A DNA stretch of 60,691 bases, counting the filler. It is 7 parts of 7 records of this genome, joined end to end, with 100 filler letters (N's around TTAATTAATTAA, not from the genome) between each part and the next. Parts side by side here need not be neighbours in the genome. Positions count along the whole stretch, not along the records: positions 8,843 to 20,462 come from SRR31156797_34374; 6 more parts are not named here. One strand, 5' to 3'. The notes beneath the pieces are model-generated. The model saw nothing but the letters and a program-made list of their open reading frames with translations, had not been told where the DNA came from and did not search any database. Below are positions 9,632 to 19,603 of the stretch, piece by piece. Every line of letters starts with the position of its first letter. Position 1 is the first letter of the stretch. Both the position numbers and the translations under genes were made by a program.

Positions 9632-10738
9632 ATGTCAACTATATTAAATGAACTAATAGTAGGGAAAAGGCAGAGTGTTACAGAAGATTACTTGCTGCTA
9701 GATCCAAGTCAGATACCTGTTATATCTGAATTAGGATTCGGCACTGCAGCCACTCAAACAAAGCATGAATGGTTTGAAGATGTAATGTATCCTACTGCAA
9801 CATTGGTAAATGGGGCACTAACAGCTACTGCTACATCAATTGTAGTAGACGATGTAACACCATTTACAGCAAATAGCATAGCTCAAGTAGATGATGAGTT
9901 TGTATTCATAAGTGCTATTGATGAGGGTACAAAGACATTGACTGTAACTCGTGGTTATGCTGGTACTACAGCAGCTACTCATGATGATGATGCAGATATA
10001 GAGTTTAAATTCTGTGAATCCAAAGAGGCTCAGGATGCAAGAGCTGCTAGATATAATGCAAGGGCATACAACGAAAACTATACCCAGATATTTACTGAAA
10101 CTGTATGCATCAGTGGTACAGCAGGAGCTGTAACACAATACGGTGTAGTATCTGAGTACGAAAAAGAACGAATGAAAAAGGAAACTGAGCTGTTCCTACA
10201 GCTGGAAAAAGCTATATTGGGAGGAGTTAAGTACAAATCTACAGATGGTATTAATCGCTATCTTGGAGGCATGAAATGCTTTGTCTCAACTAATGTTGTT
10301 GATGCTTCAGCTGCATCTGTGTCAGTAGAGCTGCTGCGTGAATTAACTAAAACTGTTGATTTAGCAGGAGGATTTAAGCGTGGTAAGCAGGGGTATAAAT
10401 TTATGATGCACCCAACACAAATAGAAAAAATATCCGACATCATGGTATCAAGCAATGGTACTCAAGAGCGTTCTGATACAGCTAGAGGATACACAGCTAC
10501 CAGCATCGTTACACCACAGGGTACATTCCCAATACTGGAAAACGGTAATATGAAAGAAAATGAAATAATGTTCATCGACTTCTCAAGAATTGAGATTAAG
10601 CCTCTAGTTTCCAGAGATTTTGGTCATACATACTTAGGAGTTAAGGGTGACTACCAAGAGGGTATGCTGGTTGGAGAATATACATTTGAATTTCATGAGG
10701 AAAAAGCACACGCTTGGCTGAAGAACCTAGCAGTATAG
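9632..10738 (+). CDS. Major capsid protein (SU10/DUF5309-like) with inserted beta domain
   Basis: KHEWFED, NYTQIFTETV.ISGT, LEKAILGG, YLGVKGDY.EGMLVGEYTFE motifs; position after scaffold. Confidence 0.88.
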   Translation: MSTILNELIVGKRQSVTEDYLLLDPSQIPVISELGFGTAATQTKHEWFEDVMYPTATLVNGALTATATSIVVDDVTPFTANSIAQVDDEFVFISAIDEGTKTLTVTRGYAGTTAATHDDDADIEFKFCESKEAQDARAARYNARAYNENYTQIFTETVCISGTAGAVTQYGVVSEYEKERMKKETELFLQLEKAILGGVKYKSTDGINRYLGGMKCFVSTNVVDASAASVSVELLRELTKTVDLAGGFKRGKQGYKFMMHPTQIEKISDIMVSSNGTQERSDTARGYTATSIVTPQGTFPILENGNMKENEIMFIDFSRIEIKPLVSRDFGHTYLGVKGDYQEGMLVGEYTFEFHEEKAHAWLKNLAV

Positions 10739-10748
10739 GAGTGATTAG

Positions 10749-10940
10749 ATGAAATTTAAATCTAAAGTACCTACACTTAAGGTTTATAATCCTGCTACTA
10801 AGAAATTCATTAAGTTCATCGACAAAGAGCTGATAACCAATGATAAAAAGGAAATTGCTCTGCTGAAGAAGGCTAAAGATATTGAAGTAGTAAAAGGAAA
10901 AGACAGTAAAGATGAGGTGACTGCAAATGGCAATGCTTAG
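10749..10940 (+). CDS. Small Lys-rich phage protein
   Basis: AGGAG RBS; sits between capsid and adaptor genes. Confidence 0.7.
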   Translation: MKFKSKVPTLKVYNPATKKFIKFIDKELITNDKKEIALLKKAKDIEVVKGKDSKDEVTANGNA

Positions 10941-11082
10941 TCCGATAATACTGAGAATTAAACATGTCTCAACGACACAGAGAGAGGCTTACTCCCCCTC
11001 ATATGCAACCATAGTATATGACACGGATTTGGATGCGTATTACGGATGGAATGTAAGCAATGGCACTTGGACTGCATTATAG
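10927..11082 (+). CDS. Unannotated 51-aa phage protein (possible head decoration/fibre-base module)
   Basis: Manual translation MAMLSPIILRIKHVSTTQREAYSPSYATIVYDTDLDAYYGWNVSNGTWTAL*; GAGGTGA RBS; fills the gap up to the next gene's RBS. Confidence 0.75.
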   Translation: MAMLSPIILRIKHVSTTQREAYSPSYATIVYDTDLDAYYGWNVSNGTWTAL

Positions 11083-11094
11083 GAGGAATAGGCT

Positions 11095-11463
11095 ATGTAC
11101 GCAGACTATGAATATTACGAAAATACCTACTATGGCTATAGAATATCTGAAGATGTGTTTAATAGATATGCGACATGGGCCAGTGACTGGATTGATTGTT
11201 ATACAGAATATAGAATATCTGAGACTACTGATGGTATTAAAAAGGCAATGTGTGCTGTTGCGGATCTGATGTATATGGATGATATCTCTGTAGATAGTGA
11301 GAGTAGGAATATACAGTCTGAGACAGTAGGCAAGCATACTACTCAATACCTAAGCAGCATTACCCAGAGAGCAGATATACAAAAAACGTATAAAGAAGCC
11401 TTCAGGCGTTATGTAAATGATGTTGAACTCATCAGTAGGGCGGTGGAGCATGAAGCGTACTAA
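11095..11463 (+). CDS. Head-tail adaptor/connector protein
   Basis: MYADYEYY...Y.G, KKAMCAVAD, SETVGKHTTQY motifs; AGGAGG RBS. Confidence 0.8.
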   Translation: MYADYEYYENTYYGYRISEDVFNRYATWASDWIDCYTEYRISETTDGIKKAMCAVADLMYMDDISVDSESRNIQSETVGKHTTQYLSSITQRADIQKTYKEAFRRYVNDVELISRAVEHEAY

Positions 11464-11860
11464 TACAAAGGCAACGGTATTTAATTACTACAAAAGTAAT
11501 GATACTGAAAGCTGGAATAAGACGGTACTGGATAGTGTTCACTGGGAACAAAATAAAATCAGCTCTGTTACGTCATCTGGACTGGCATTTGCTGATTATA
11601 ATGAAATACTTATATGGTTTGATGTTGATGCTGAGGGCAAGACCTATATTGATCCTGTGGCGTATTCTAAGCTGTCAGAGGACGAGGTAGGCAGCTATTG
11701 GACCTTGTGCACAGGCAAAGACCGAATGCTAAAAGGTATAACTGATACAACTAGTATAAGTGAAGTTACCAAGCTGGACGGATGCATAACTATCAAATCA
11801 GTTGATAAGATGGACTATGGGTCTGGGAAGAAGCAGCATTTTGAGGTAGGCGGCACATGA
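11450..11860 (+). CDS. Putative head closure / minor capsid protein
   Basis: TVFNY...W.KTVL..VHW and YGSG..QHFEV motifs; start at MKRTN (11450) after GGAG. Confidence 0.7.
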   Translation: MKRTNTKATVFNYYKSNDTESWNKTVLDSVHWEQNKISSVTSSGLAFADYNEILIWFDVDAEGKTYIDPVAYSKLSEDEVGSYWTLCTGKDRMLKGITDTTSISEVTKLDGCITIKSVDKMDYGSGKKQHFEVGGT

Positions 11861-12243
11861 TAAATATCAAAACACCACAATCAACCACAGTACGCACGAG
11901 CAGTGGTACGGCCTCAATACAATGGGACCCGACTCTTGGTGCTAAGTTGAGTGCTAAATACAACAAAGCTCAGGAACATATCGACAGTGAGGTGCTGAGA
12001 AGGTGTGAACCATATATCCCATATTGTACAGGTGCGCTGATAAGAAGCGGTAAAACAGGGACTGTAGTAGGCAGTGGTAATATCAAGTGGACTGTGCCGT
12101 ATGCTCGCTACCAGTACTATGTGGATAGAAAATCACCCGGTCAAGGGCTGCGAGGACCCCGGTGGTTTGATAGGATGATGAATTCCCAAGGGAAAGCAAT
12201 CCTTCAAGGTGCAGTTAAGATAACAGGAGGTAGAGCAAATTGA
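11857..12243 (+). CDS. Phage minor capsid / tail completion protein
   Basis: PYIPYCTGAL..SG, PYARYQYY, RGPRWFDR motifs; ATGA overlap with the previous gene. Confidence 0.8.
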   Translation: MINIKTPQSTTVRTSSGTASIQWDPTLGAKLSAKYNKAQEHIDSEVLRRCEPYIPYCTGALIRSGKTGTVVGSGNIKWTVPYARYQYYVDRKSPGQGLRGPRWFDRMMNSQGKAILQGAVKITGGRAN

Positions 12244-12659
12244 TTATAGACTATATTAAGGATTTGCTGATTCAAAGTCCTGTGATACAAGCCGGAGACG
12301 GATTGACGGTAGATTTCTTGGGAGAATATCCGACAACGTATTCAATAGAAGCTGAACCTAATCAGCCTAAACAAAAGCAGTACGTGAGAGGCAGCGGAAG
12401 TATAAGAACTTTCGCTTTTTCATTGGTTGCACGGTATGAGACCTTTACCGAGGAAATCAGAAAGCACAACAGTGACGACTTTGAGGAGCTAGGTCTATGG
12501 CTGGACAAACAAAGTAATGATATGCCTGAAATGGAGCACGGCAGGGCAATAAGAATCCAAGCAACAGGCAATGCATATGTAATTGAGCGTTCAAACGACA
12601 ATGACACTGCAATGTATATGATGCAGTGCCAATTAGATTATTATAAAAAAGGAGTATAA
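12240..12659 (+). CDS. Putative tail terminator protein
   Basis: VDFLGE.PT.YSIE..P, KQYVRG motif, C-terminal YMMQCQLDY; directly upstream of the tail tube gene. Confidence 0.7.
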   Translation: MIIDYIKDLLIQSPVIQAGDGLTVDFLGEYPTTYSIEAEPNQPKQKQYVRGSGSIRTFAFSLVARYETFTEEIRKHNSDDFEELGLWLDKQSNDMPEMEHGRAIRIQATGNAYVIERSNDNDTAMYMMQCQLDYYKKGV

Positions 12660-12662
12660 GAA

Positions 12663-13166
12663 ATGTCAAAAATAACAGTTAATAGTGTAATGGATGGAAT
12701 TACACCAAGTACAAGCTATGAAGGAATTGTGGTTAATGATGATTTCGTTCTGGCAATCGACGACGGAACTGCTACATCAGAAAGGGATTATTTAGTCCTT
12801 GAGGAAGCAGTTGTAGGTGTATCTCCTACATTCAACACAGGAACAAGTGACAAGACCTACTTAAGACGAGGCACATCATCAACAAAAACTAGTACTCAGA
12901 GACAGTTCGCTATATCCGGTGACAGGTTCATTGGTGATGATACACAGGACTACATTTTTGAGCTGGCTAGAGTATTCGGTCTGGGACAGGCATGTATTAC
13001 AAACTATGTCTACTTCAACCGTCTGACAGGTGCTGGTGAAAAAGGTCAATTGTCTATCATTGTAAACAATGACGGCGGCGGTAACGCAGGTGACCCTGCT
13101 GAAATCGACGTAGCGATGAATGGATTCGGCAGTATAGAAGAATATACATATACTGCAGCAGAATAA
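12663..13166 (+). CDS. Major tail tube protein
   Basis: KTYLRRG.S.TKT.TQRQFAISGDRFIGD.TQDY and DGGGNAG motifs; position in the module. Confidence 0.8.
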   Translation: MSKITVNSVMDGITPSTSYEGIVVNDDFVLAIDDGTATSERDYLVLEEAVVGVSPTFNTGTSDKTYLRRGTSSTKTSTQRQFAISGDRFIGDDTQDYIFELARVFGLGQACITNYVYFNRLTGAGEKGQLSIIVNNDGGGNAGDPAEIDVAMNGFGSIEEYTYTAAE

Positions 13167-13182
13167 CTAAGGAGGTAGTGCC

Positions 13183-13557
13183 ATGAGTGCCAGGTTTACA
13201 TACGGTGATTTGAACACAGAGATTAATTTCGCAGACCCGGAGGTCTATGTCAGGTTTCTGAAGACCCATAAAGTGTACCGAAGAATGATGAATAGGGTTA
13301 AGCGGTCAAGAAACTATGAAAGGCAAGCTAGAACCATTATTAAGGCAGTTAGGTATCTCTACGATAACTTCCTGGGGGAAGGTGCTGCAGATAAGGCTAT
13401 GAGCGGAGAAATTGATCTGGTGACAGCCACCAAAGCAGGAACTGAATTAGGAAACTTCTGCAGTGAAGAAACCAGAAAGTTAAATAACAAAATGGCTGAG
13501 ATGACTAAAAAGATTAAAGACTCAGCCACTAAGTATGCCCCTGAGGGGAATAAATGA
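13183..13557 (+). CDS. Tail assembly chaperone
   Basis: Helical protein with D.FLGEGA.DK motif between tail tube and Gp15-like genes. Confidence 0.65.
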   Translation: MSARFTYGDLNTEINFADPEVYVRFLKTHKVYRRMMNRVKRSRNYERQARTIIKAVRYLYDNFLGEGAADKAMSGEIDLVTATKAGTELGNFCSEETRKLNNKMAEMTKKIKDSATKYAPEGNK

Positions 13558-14186
13558 TGAAAAGTTTGTTTCACGCTCTACCCACAACAATTGATGTCAA
13601 TGGTAGAGCGTGGGGTATATACACTGATTTTAGAGAGTGGATGAAGTTCGAGCAAATGCTGATGGATGATATATCAGAGATAGAAAAGATAGGCATAATG
13701 TTGGGATTCTTTAAACCTAAATTTATTAGGAAGCATCCCTTTGATATTGCAGAGGCTATTGAGAAGCTGATATGGTTCTACAGATGCGGAGAGGATATCA
13801 TTGAGACACCAACAAATCAAAATAGGGCGTATGATTTTGAAAATGACAGCTCATTGATTGTATCAGCATTCTATCAGTTGTATAAGGTGGATTTGGTGAG
13901 CATTGAGCATCTGCATTGGTGGAAATTCAGATCTCTACTGGAAGGACTGACAGACAGTACCACCTATGGAAACATTGTATATATTCGTACCGTAGATGTC
14001 TCTAATATGCCAAAAACCCAGAAAAAAGAAATACTGAAGCAGCGTAAAAAAGTTGCAATTGAAAAGAAGAAAAAAGTAATGACAGCCGAGGAACGGGCTC
14101 TATTACGTGAAAAGAAAAAACAAGAAGTAATAGATAGGATAAATAGATTCGCAAAGGAGCAAGAAAATGGACGTATTAAAAGCTAA
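13554..14186 (+). CDS. Bacteriophage Gp15 family protein
   Basis: LP.TI.V.G....I.TDFR.W, AYDFE.D..LI.SAF.Q.Y.VDL, LHWWKF.SLL.GL motifs. Confidence 0.88.
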   Translation: MMKSLFHALPTTIDVNGRAWGIYTDFREWMKFEQMLMDDISEIEKIGIMLGFFKPKFIRKHPFDIAEAIEKLIWFYRCGEDIIETPTNQNRAYDFENDSSLIVSAFYQLYKVDLVSIEHLHWWKFRSLLEGLTDSTTYGNIVYIRTVDVSNMPKTQKKEILKQRKKVAIEKKKKVMTAEERALLREKKKQEVIDRINRFAKEQENGRIKS

Positions 14187-14233
14187 TGTAATAAAAATGT
14201 TAGACAAGCAAAATACAAAGAAGGCGAAACCAA

Positions 14234-14398
14234 ATGGCAGAAAATCAAAAAAAGAAGTGGATAGTGTGTCCACAGTGCAAAAGAGTGCAAAAAACAAACA
14301 AGTACGAGAGCAAGGCTAATGCTGTTGGCGTTTGGGTAAAATGTAAGCACTGCAAAACTGAATTTGAAATAGTCATTGAGAACGGAAAACAAATCTAA
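14234..14398 (+). CDS. Unannotated 54-aa four-Cys zinc-ribbon protein (Com-like)
   Basis: Manual translation MAENQKKKWIVCPQCKRVQKTNKYESKANAVGVWVKCKHCKTEFEIVIENGKQI* with CPQC and CKHC. Confidence 0.75.
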   Translation: MAENQKKKWIVCPQCKRVQKTNKYESKANAVGVWVKCKHCKTEFEIVIENGKQI

Positions 14399-14438
14399 AC
14401 AATAGTGCCTTGTGCCACATTCAACAGGAGATGAAATC

Positions 14439-17400
14439 ATGTCAACAGACGGCAGTATTACTATAAAGGCTTTGCTGGATACGGCAGGGCTGACATCAGG
14501 GCTTAAAGAAACTGAAAACAATTTAATAAAATTTGGTTCGAATGCTACAAAATATGTAACTACGCCATTTGTAAATGCTGCAACTGAGGCGATAAACTTG
14601 GCATCAGATATGCAGGAAACAACGTCAAAGATAGATAGTGTATTTGGCAATTCTGCAGATGCTATGATGGCTTGGAGCGAAACAACCATTGAAACATTGG
14701 GACTGGCAGGACAGACAGCTCTGGACATGACTGCCAACTATGGTGATATGGCTACCAGTTTTGGGTTCACTCAGCAGGCAGCTGCAGATATGGGGCAGGA
14801 ATTGGTCAGTAGGGCTGCAGATTTAGCCAGCTTCAAGAATATTTCTATTGATGTGGCTAATACTGCATTATCCGGTGTCTTTACTGGTGAAACAGAAAGC
14901 CTTAAACAGCTTGGCGTAGTAATGACACAAGCCAATCTAGATGCATTTGCTTTAGAGCAAGGCTTATCAAAGACTACTAGTGAAATGAGCCAACAGGAAC
15001 TTGTTGCGCTAAGGCTGGACTATGTAATGCAGGCAACCAGTAATGCAGCAGGCGACTTCGCAAGAACCAGTGACAGTACGGCAAACCAAACAAGAGTAGC
15101 CACACAGCGGCTAAAAGAGATGGGAACATCATTTGGCAAGCTATTGCTGCCTATGGCAAATAAGGCACTGTCGGTCATTAACAAAGTGCTTACAGCCTTT
15201 ACCAAAATGTCTACTAAGGGCAAGAAGACTGTGCTTGTAATTGCAGGTATTGCGGCGGCTATAGGTCCGGCTACTACGGGTATAACTAAATTTTATAATG
15301 CAACTAAGTCACTTTCAGACGGGTTTAAAAGTGTAAAAAAATTCTTTACTACTTTCGGTGCGATGGGTGAAGAATTCGCTTCTTCTATGGTCACAGCTAC
15401 AATGGCGACTAGTGCTAAAACAAAGGCTACTATAGCTCAGGGAACTGCAGAAAAGGGCGTAACTGTTGCTCTGACAAAAAAACAATTGGCACAGGCTGCA
15501 AATACAACGGCAGAAGTAACTGGTACAACTGTTACAGCTGCAAATACTGCTGAGTTAGCAGCAAATGCTGGTGTTATAAGTCTTAAGTCTGTACTAGTTG
15601 GTGTGCTAAACGGACAAATCGGTATAGTAACTGCTGCGCAGATGATTTGGAATGCAGCTATGGAGGCTAACCCTATATTTTTAGTGGTAGCTGTAATAGC
15701 TGCTGTAGCAACAGGACTTGTTCTACTTACTAAAAAACTATGGAAGAATACAGAAGCTGAAGCTGAAGCAAAAAAAGAAAAAGAAGCGCTGATAGAGGCA
15801 AACGAAAAGCTGAGAGAGAGTATTGAAGAAAGTGCTGAAGCATATGAGGATACTGTAAAGAGCTTAGAAACAGAAGGGGCTGCTATAAATAAACTTGTTG
15901 GTAATCTGGAGCAATTAGAAAAGGAATACCAAAACGTTGATAAGAATAGTGAAGAAGCCAAGAGAATACAGGCAGAAATGCAGGTATGCGTCAACACCTT
16001 AAATGGAAGTGTTGAAGACCTGAATCTATCTATTGATGAAGAAACAGGGTTGCTGAATAAAAATATCAAGTTGATTAAAAAAGAGACTCAAGCCTATGAA
16101 CTGAGTTTGAAACAGAAGGTAAAAGAAGAAAGGTATTTAGAATTAATAGAAGAGCAGTATGCAGCTCAGAAAACATGTCTTGATACCCAAGAAGAAATAC
16201 TTGATATTGAGAAGCAGATAGCAAATGGTACAATCCGTAAGGGGAAAGGCAACAAATGGATTAAACAGCTCAAAGAAGAACTAGTAGAAGCATCAACCAC
16301 CTGCCTTGACCTATTACCTGAAGTAAATGCGGTCAAGGAAGACCTTGCAGAACTTAATATTGAAGCGCAAGAGGTTGATATTGAACTAGGGTTAGAGCAG
16401 CAACAGGGGGAACTTCAGGCTTTAGCGGATGAGTTCGGTATGAGTTCAGAAGCTATTCAAGAGGCGGTTGAAGAATCAGGGCAGAGTACAGAAGATTGGG
16501 CAAGTTCCCAGAGAGAACAAATAGAACAACTGCAAGAATTATCAGATGAATTCGGTATGACGACGGAGGCTATTGCAGAAGCTGCTAGCGCATCTGGTAT
16601 GAGTATCGAGGACTGGAGCGACAGCCAAAGAGAGTATTTACAAGAAGTTGAGGATTGCTATACTTCCCTAAAAGATACAGCTACTAATGCATTTGAAAAG
16701 ATTGACCGTGGGCAATCAATAAGCATATCTACTATGATTACAAACCTTAATACAAATTCTGCTGCAGTAAAAGAGTGGAGTGATGGTCTTGCTTTTTTAG
16801 CCGAGAAAGGTATTGACCAAGGTTTCTTACAAACTCTTCGTGATATGGGCCCAGAATCAGTTAATCTTGTATCATCTATGGTAGGAGAGTTAAGCAATGG
16901 AAGAGACGAATTAGTAGATGAGTTCAATACAGCCTTTGCAGACAGCGGCCAAGCTGGATTTGATGCATGGGAAACGACAGTAGCGTCTACTGAATTTAAA
17001 AATATACCTGCAGAAGCGGTAGAGGAAGCAGCAGGTAAAGTAGATGCGGATACTTCTCTGGAGACTAGTATCACCAATACAATGATAGATGCTGTAACTG
17101 CTGCGACATCATATGTAGAGCAATTTGGTGACGTAGGAAAACAAATGATGACCGGAATGGCTGCCGGTGTAACAGATAATGCACATCTAGTCTCTGCAGC
17201 AGTAGCACAGGCTGTAAAAAATGCAATTGCTACAGCGAAAGCAACATCTGACCAAGCCTCACCGTCTAAAAAATTCAGGGCAATAGGTAGATACGATATT
17301 GAAGGCTATAGGCTAGGCTGGATAGATAATATGGATAGTACCTTTAGCAACATTCAAACGGCGCTGGATAAAAATCAAAATATACTACAACCTGCATATG

Positions 17401-17609
17401 CGGCTGTTGATAACTATCAGAGAAGAGCTGCCCTCAGTGCACAGTCTAACGTATCCTATAATAATGTTTATAATAGCTACTCACAAAGTGCAGATACCAA
17501 CCAAGATGTAAATGTAACGGTGGGTATTGACCCAGATATGAGTAAATTTGCAAGGATTCTCTATCCGTATATAAAAGATGAACAGGTTAGGAGGGGCGAT
17601 AATGCTTAG
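14439..17609 (+). CDS. Tape measure protein
   Basis: About 1056 aa, Ala/Thr/Glu-rich; MSTDGSI.I N-terminus, FTGETESLKQLG, ANPI membrane segment, C-terminal ASPSK motif. ATG 14439 follows AGGAG. Confidence 0.93.
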   Translation: MSTDGSITIKALLDTAGLTSGLKETENNLIKFGSNATKYVTTPFVNAATEAINLASDMQETTSKIDSVFGNSADAMMAWSETTIETLGLAGQTALDMTANYGDMATSFGFTQQAAADMGQELVSRAADLASFKNISIDVANTALSGVFTGETESLKQLGVVMTQANLDAFALEQGLSKTTSEMSQQELVALRLDYVMQATSNAAGDFARTSDSTANQTRVATQRLKEMGTSFGKLLLPMANKALSVINKVLTAFTKMSTKGKKTVLVIAGIAAAIGPATTGITKFYNATKSLSDGFKSVKKFFTTFGAMGEEFASSMVTATMATSAKTKATIAQGTAEKGVTVALTKKQLAQAANTTAEVTGTTVTAANTAELAANAGVISLKSVLVGVLNGQIGIVTAAQMIWNAAMEANPIFLVVAVIAAVATGLVLLTKKLWKNTEAEAEAKKEKEALIEANEKLRESIEESAEAYEDTVKSLETEGAAINKLVGNLEQLEKEYQNVDKNSEEAKRIQAEMQVCVNTLNGSVEDLNLSIDEETGLLNKNIKLIKKETQAYELSLKQKVKEERYLELIEEQYAAQKTCLDTQEEILDIEKQIANGTIRKGKGNKWIKQLKEELVEASTTCLDLLPEVNAVKEDLAELNIEAQEVDIELGLEQQQGELQALADEFGMSSEAIQEAVEESGQSTEDWASSQREQIEQLQELSDEFGMTTEAIAEAASASGMSIEDWSDSQREYLQEVEDCYTSLKDTATNAFEKIDRGQSISISTMITNLNTNSAAVKEWSDGLAFLAEKGIDQGFLQTLRDMGPESVNLVSSMVGELSNGRDELVDEFNTAFADSGQAGFDAWETTVASTEFKNIPAEAVEEAAGKVDADTSLETSITNTMIDAVTAATSYVEQFGDVGKQMMTGMAAGVTDNAHLVSAAVAQAVKNAIATAKATSDQASPSKKFRAIGRYDIEGYRLGWIDNMDSTFSNIQTALDKNQNILQPAYAAVDNYQRRAALSAQSNVSYNNVYNSYSQSADTNQDVNVTVGIDPDMSKFARILYPYIKDEQVRRGDNA

Positions 17610-17970
17610 TATTGACGGTATAGTCTATGATGTTGATTTCTGCAATTTCTCTGAAAGCATGAAGATGGAGAATAAATACTCTAAGATTACTGCAGATAAA
17701 GTAAAAAAGACTAAGGTGAACAGGGTTGTTAATTCATACACATTCACCATTGGAGATATTGACGATGATACCTATGTATCAATTAAATCTGCCTTGTGCA
17801 GTAAAGACGATTATCATACGTTTATTCTACTGAATACTAAAAACAGACCTATTTCTTTTGAAGGTTTAGTAATATCCTTCGGTGCGGCTTTAATTATTGA
17901 TAAAGACGACGGTACAAGACTATGGGATAATCTGACTATAGGAATCGAGGATAGACAGGATGTCAGTTAA
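17602..17970 (+). CDS. Putative distal tail protein
   Basis: Small beta-rich protein immediately after the tape measure gene; start MLSIDG after AGGAGG. Confidence 0.55.
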   Translation: MLSIDGIVYDVDFCNFSESMKMENKYSKITADKVKKTKVNRVVNSYTFTIGDIDDDTYVSIKSALCSKDDYHTFILLNTKNRPISFEGLVISFGAALIIDKDDGTRLWDNLTIGIEDRQDVS

Positions 17971-19603
17971 TGTAATATGGCAGCAGGTAGATGTAGGTGG
18001 GAAAGAAGACAGTATTCTCAATGTATCCACTGAGAAAAGCTTCTCTAAAATCTTAAGGTTAAAAGATGAGTTCCCCACAGTTACAAAATATGCGACCTTA
18101 GAGCCTGGCAGATGGAAGCTGGACGGCACGTATAAAATGATGGAAAGTGATGATTGTGAAGTAAATGCAGTATGGTGGTCTGAGGAACAAAGTGATGATA
18201 ACGGAGACTTTGCGACATATCCCGTATTGACAATAGAGTTTACTAAGGACAGGTCTAGCGGCGGTATAACATTTGTATTTGACGAAGCTACAGACGAGTA
18301 CTGTACAGACTTGACCGTAGCGTGGTATCAAAGTACGGGAGCGTTGATAAAATCAGTAGACTTTCAACCTGATGCCGCCAATTATTTCTGCGAGAACATC
18401 GTTGAAAACTATACGAAAATAGTGGCTACATTTAAAGCAACTAATAAAGCGTACAGACGGCTAAAAATATCGGATGTTAATTATGGACGCATAATAAAGA
18501 TAAATGAGGGATTGATAAAGGCTGAGATTCTGGAGGAGATATCACCTACAGGAGAGCAGATTAGCATTAACACTGCTACTATATCATTCCTGGACAACTA
18601 TGTATCAATACTAGACAGCAAGGGAGTATATGTAAACCTCAGAAAATTACATCCATTTGATTTCTACGTTGGAGATGAGTATTTCGGAAGATACTATATG
18701 AATAAGTGGACAGGCAGCGATGGTATAACCCCAAATAAATTCAGTCTGATAGACGTGGTAGGGTTACTGGAGCTGACAACATTCAAGGGTGGTATATATG
18801 ATGGAGTTACTGCTAAGGATTTGCTGGACGAATTATTTGATGGGATGCCTGAAGGAATTGAGTATACTATTGAGGAATCACTTCAGGATATTTTACTGAA
18901 CGGATGGCTGGAGAAGGACACCATACGGGAATCTGTCAAACAAGTTTGCTTTGCTATAGGGGCAGTAGTTGATACATCGAGACAGAATGTAGTGGCCATA
19001 AAAAGTCTATCTGATACTGTACACTCCGTGGACATTACAAGGCGCAGTGATAAACAGTCTATTAAAATTGAAACTAAGGTTACAGATGTAAGCCTGATGG
19101 CTCACTCATTTGTCTTGAGTGGTGAATCAAAGAAAGTGCATGAAGAAGAATATACTGCAGGTGAGTATGATATAGAGTTATCCAAACCCTGTGGTAACTA
19201 CACCATAGATAATGGTACTATTATTGATGCAAATGCTAATTATATCGTATTTACTACAGAGGGTGGTACAGTACTGATAAATGGCGAAGAGTATATAGAT
19301 ACTGAAACTGAATATACTGCAAGCGTAAATACTACTGAAAACTTGAGAGAAGCTATGGAACTAGATGAATACACACTGGTAGATGATAGTAAGGCTCAGG
19401 CTATTGCTGATAGATTGCTGGATTATTATTCAAGCCAATATATCAATGAATTCTCGGTTGAATTAGCAGAGGAAAGAGTAGGAGAGTTTTCTGAGGTTTA
19501 TCAGACAGATACACAAGTAATCAGGGGAGTTATTGAGGAGATGGAAATAGATTTGCTCAATGATAAAATAACAGATATTAAAGTGAGAGGCGAGGTAGTG
19601 TGA
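17960..19603 (+). CDS. Tail tip / baseplate hub-like protein
   Basis: 547-aa acidic beta-rich ORF in the canonical post-Dit position (YATLE...W.LDG motif). Confidence 0.6.
   Translation: MSVNVIWQQVDVGGKEDSILNVSTEKSFSKILRLKDEFPTVTKYATLEPGRWKLDGTYKMMESDDCEVNAVWWSEEQSDDNGDFATYPVLTIEFTKDRSSGGITFVFDEATDEYCTDLTVAWYQSTGALIKSVDFQPDAANYFCENIVENYTKIVATFKATNKAYRRLKISDVNYGRIIKINEGLIKAEILEEISPTGEQISINTATISFLDNYVSILDSKGVYVNLRKLHPFDFYVGDEYFGRYYMNKWTGSDGITPNKFSLIDVVGLLELTTFKGGIYDGVTAKDLLDELFDGMPEGIEYTIEESLQDILLNGWLEKDTIRESVKQVCFAIGAVVDTSRQNVVAIKSLSDTVHSVDITRRSDKQSIKIETKVTDVSLMAHSFVLSGESKKVHEEEYTAGEYDIELSKPCGNYTIDNGTIIDANANYIVFTTEGGTVLINGEEYIDTETEYTASVNTTENLREAMELDEYTLVDDSKAQAIADRLLDYYSSQYINEFSVELAEERVGEFSEVYQTDTQVIRGVIEEMEIDLLNDKITDIKVRGEVV

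Noticed and set aside
13500-13570. Programmed frameshift between tail chaperone genes
   Set aside because: No clear slippery heptamer; the downstream gene has its own ATGA-overlap start.
14167-14320. Lys-rich ORF MDVLKANVIK... overlapping the zinc-finger gene
   Set aside because: Low complexity and largely overlaps the better-supported four-Cys ORF in another frame; cannot be supported.
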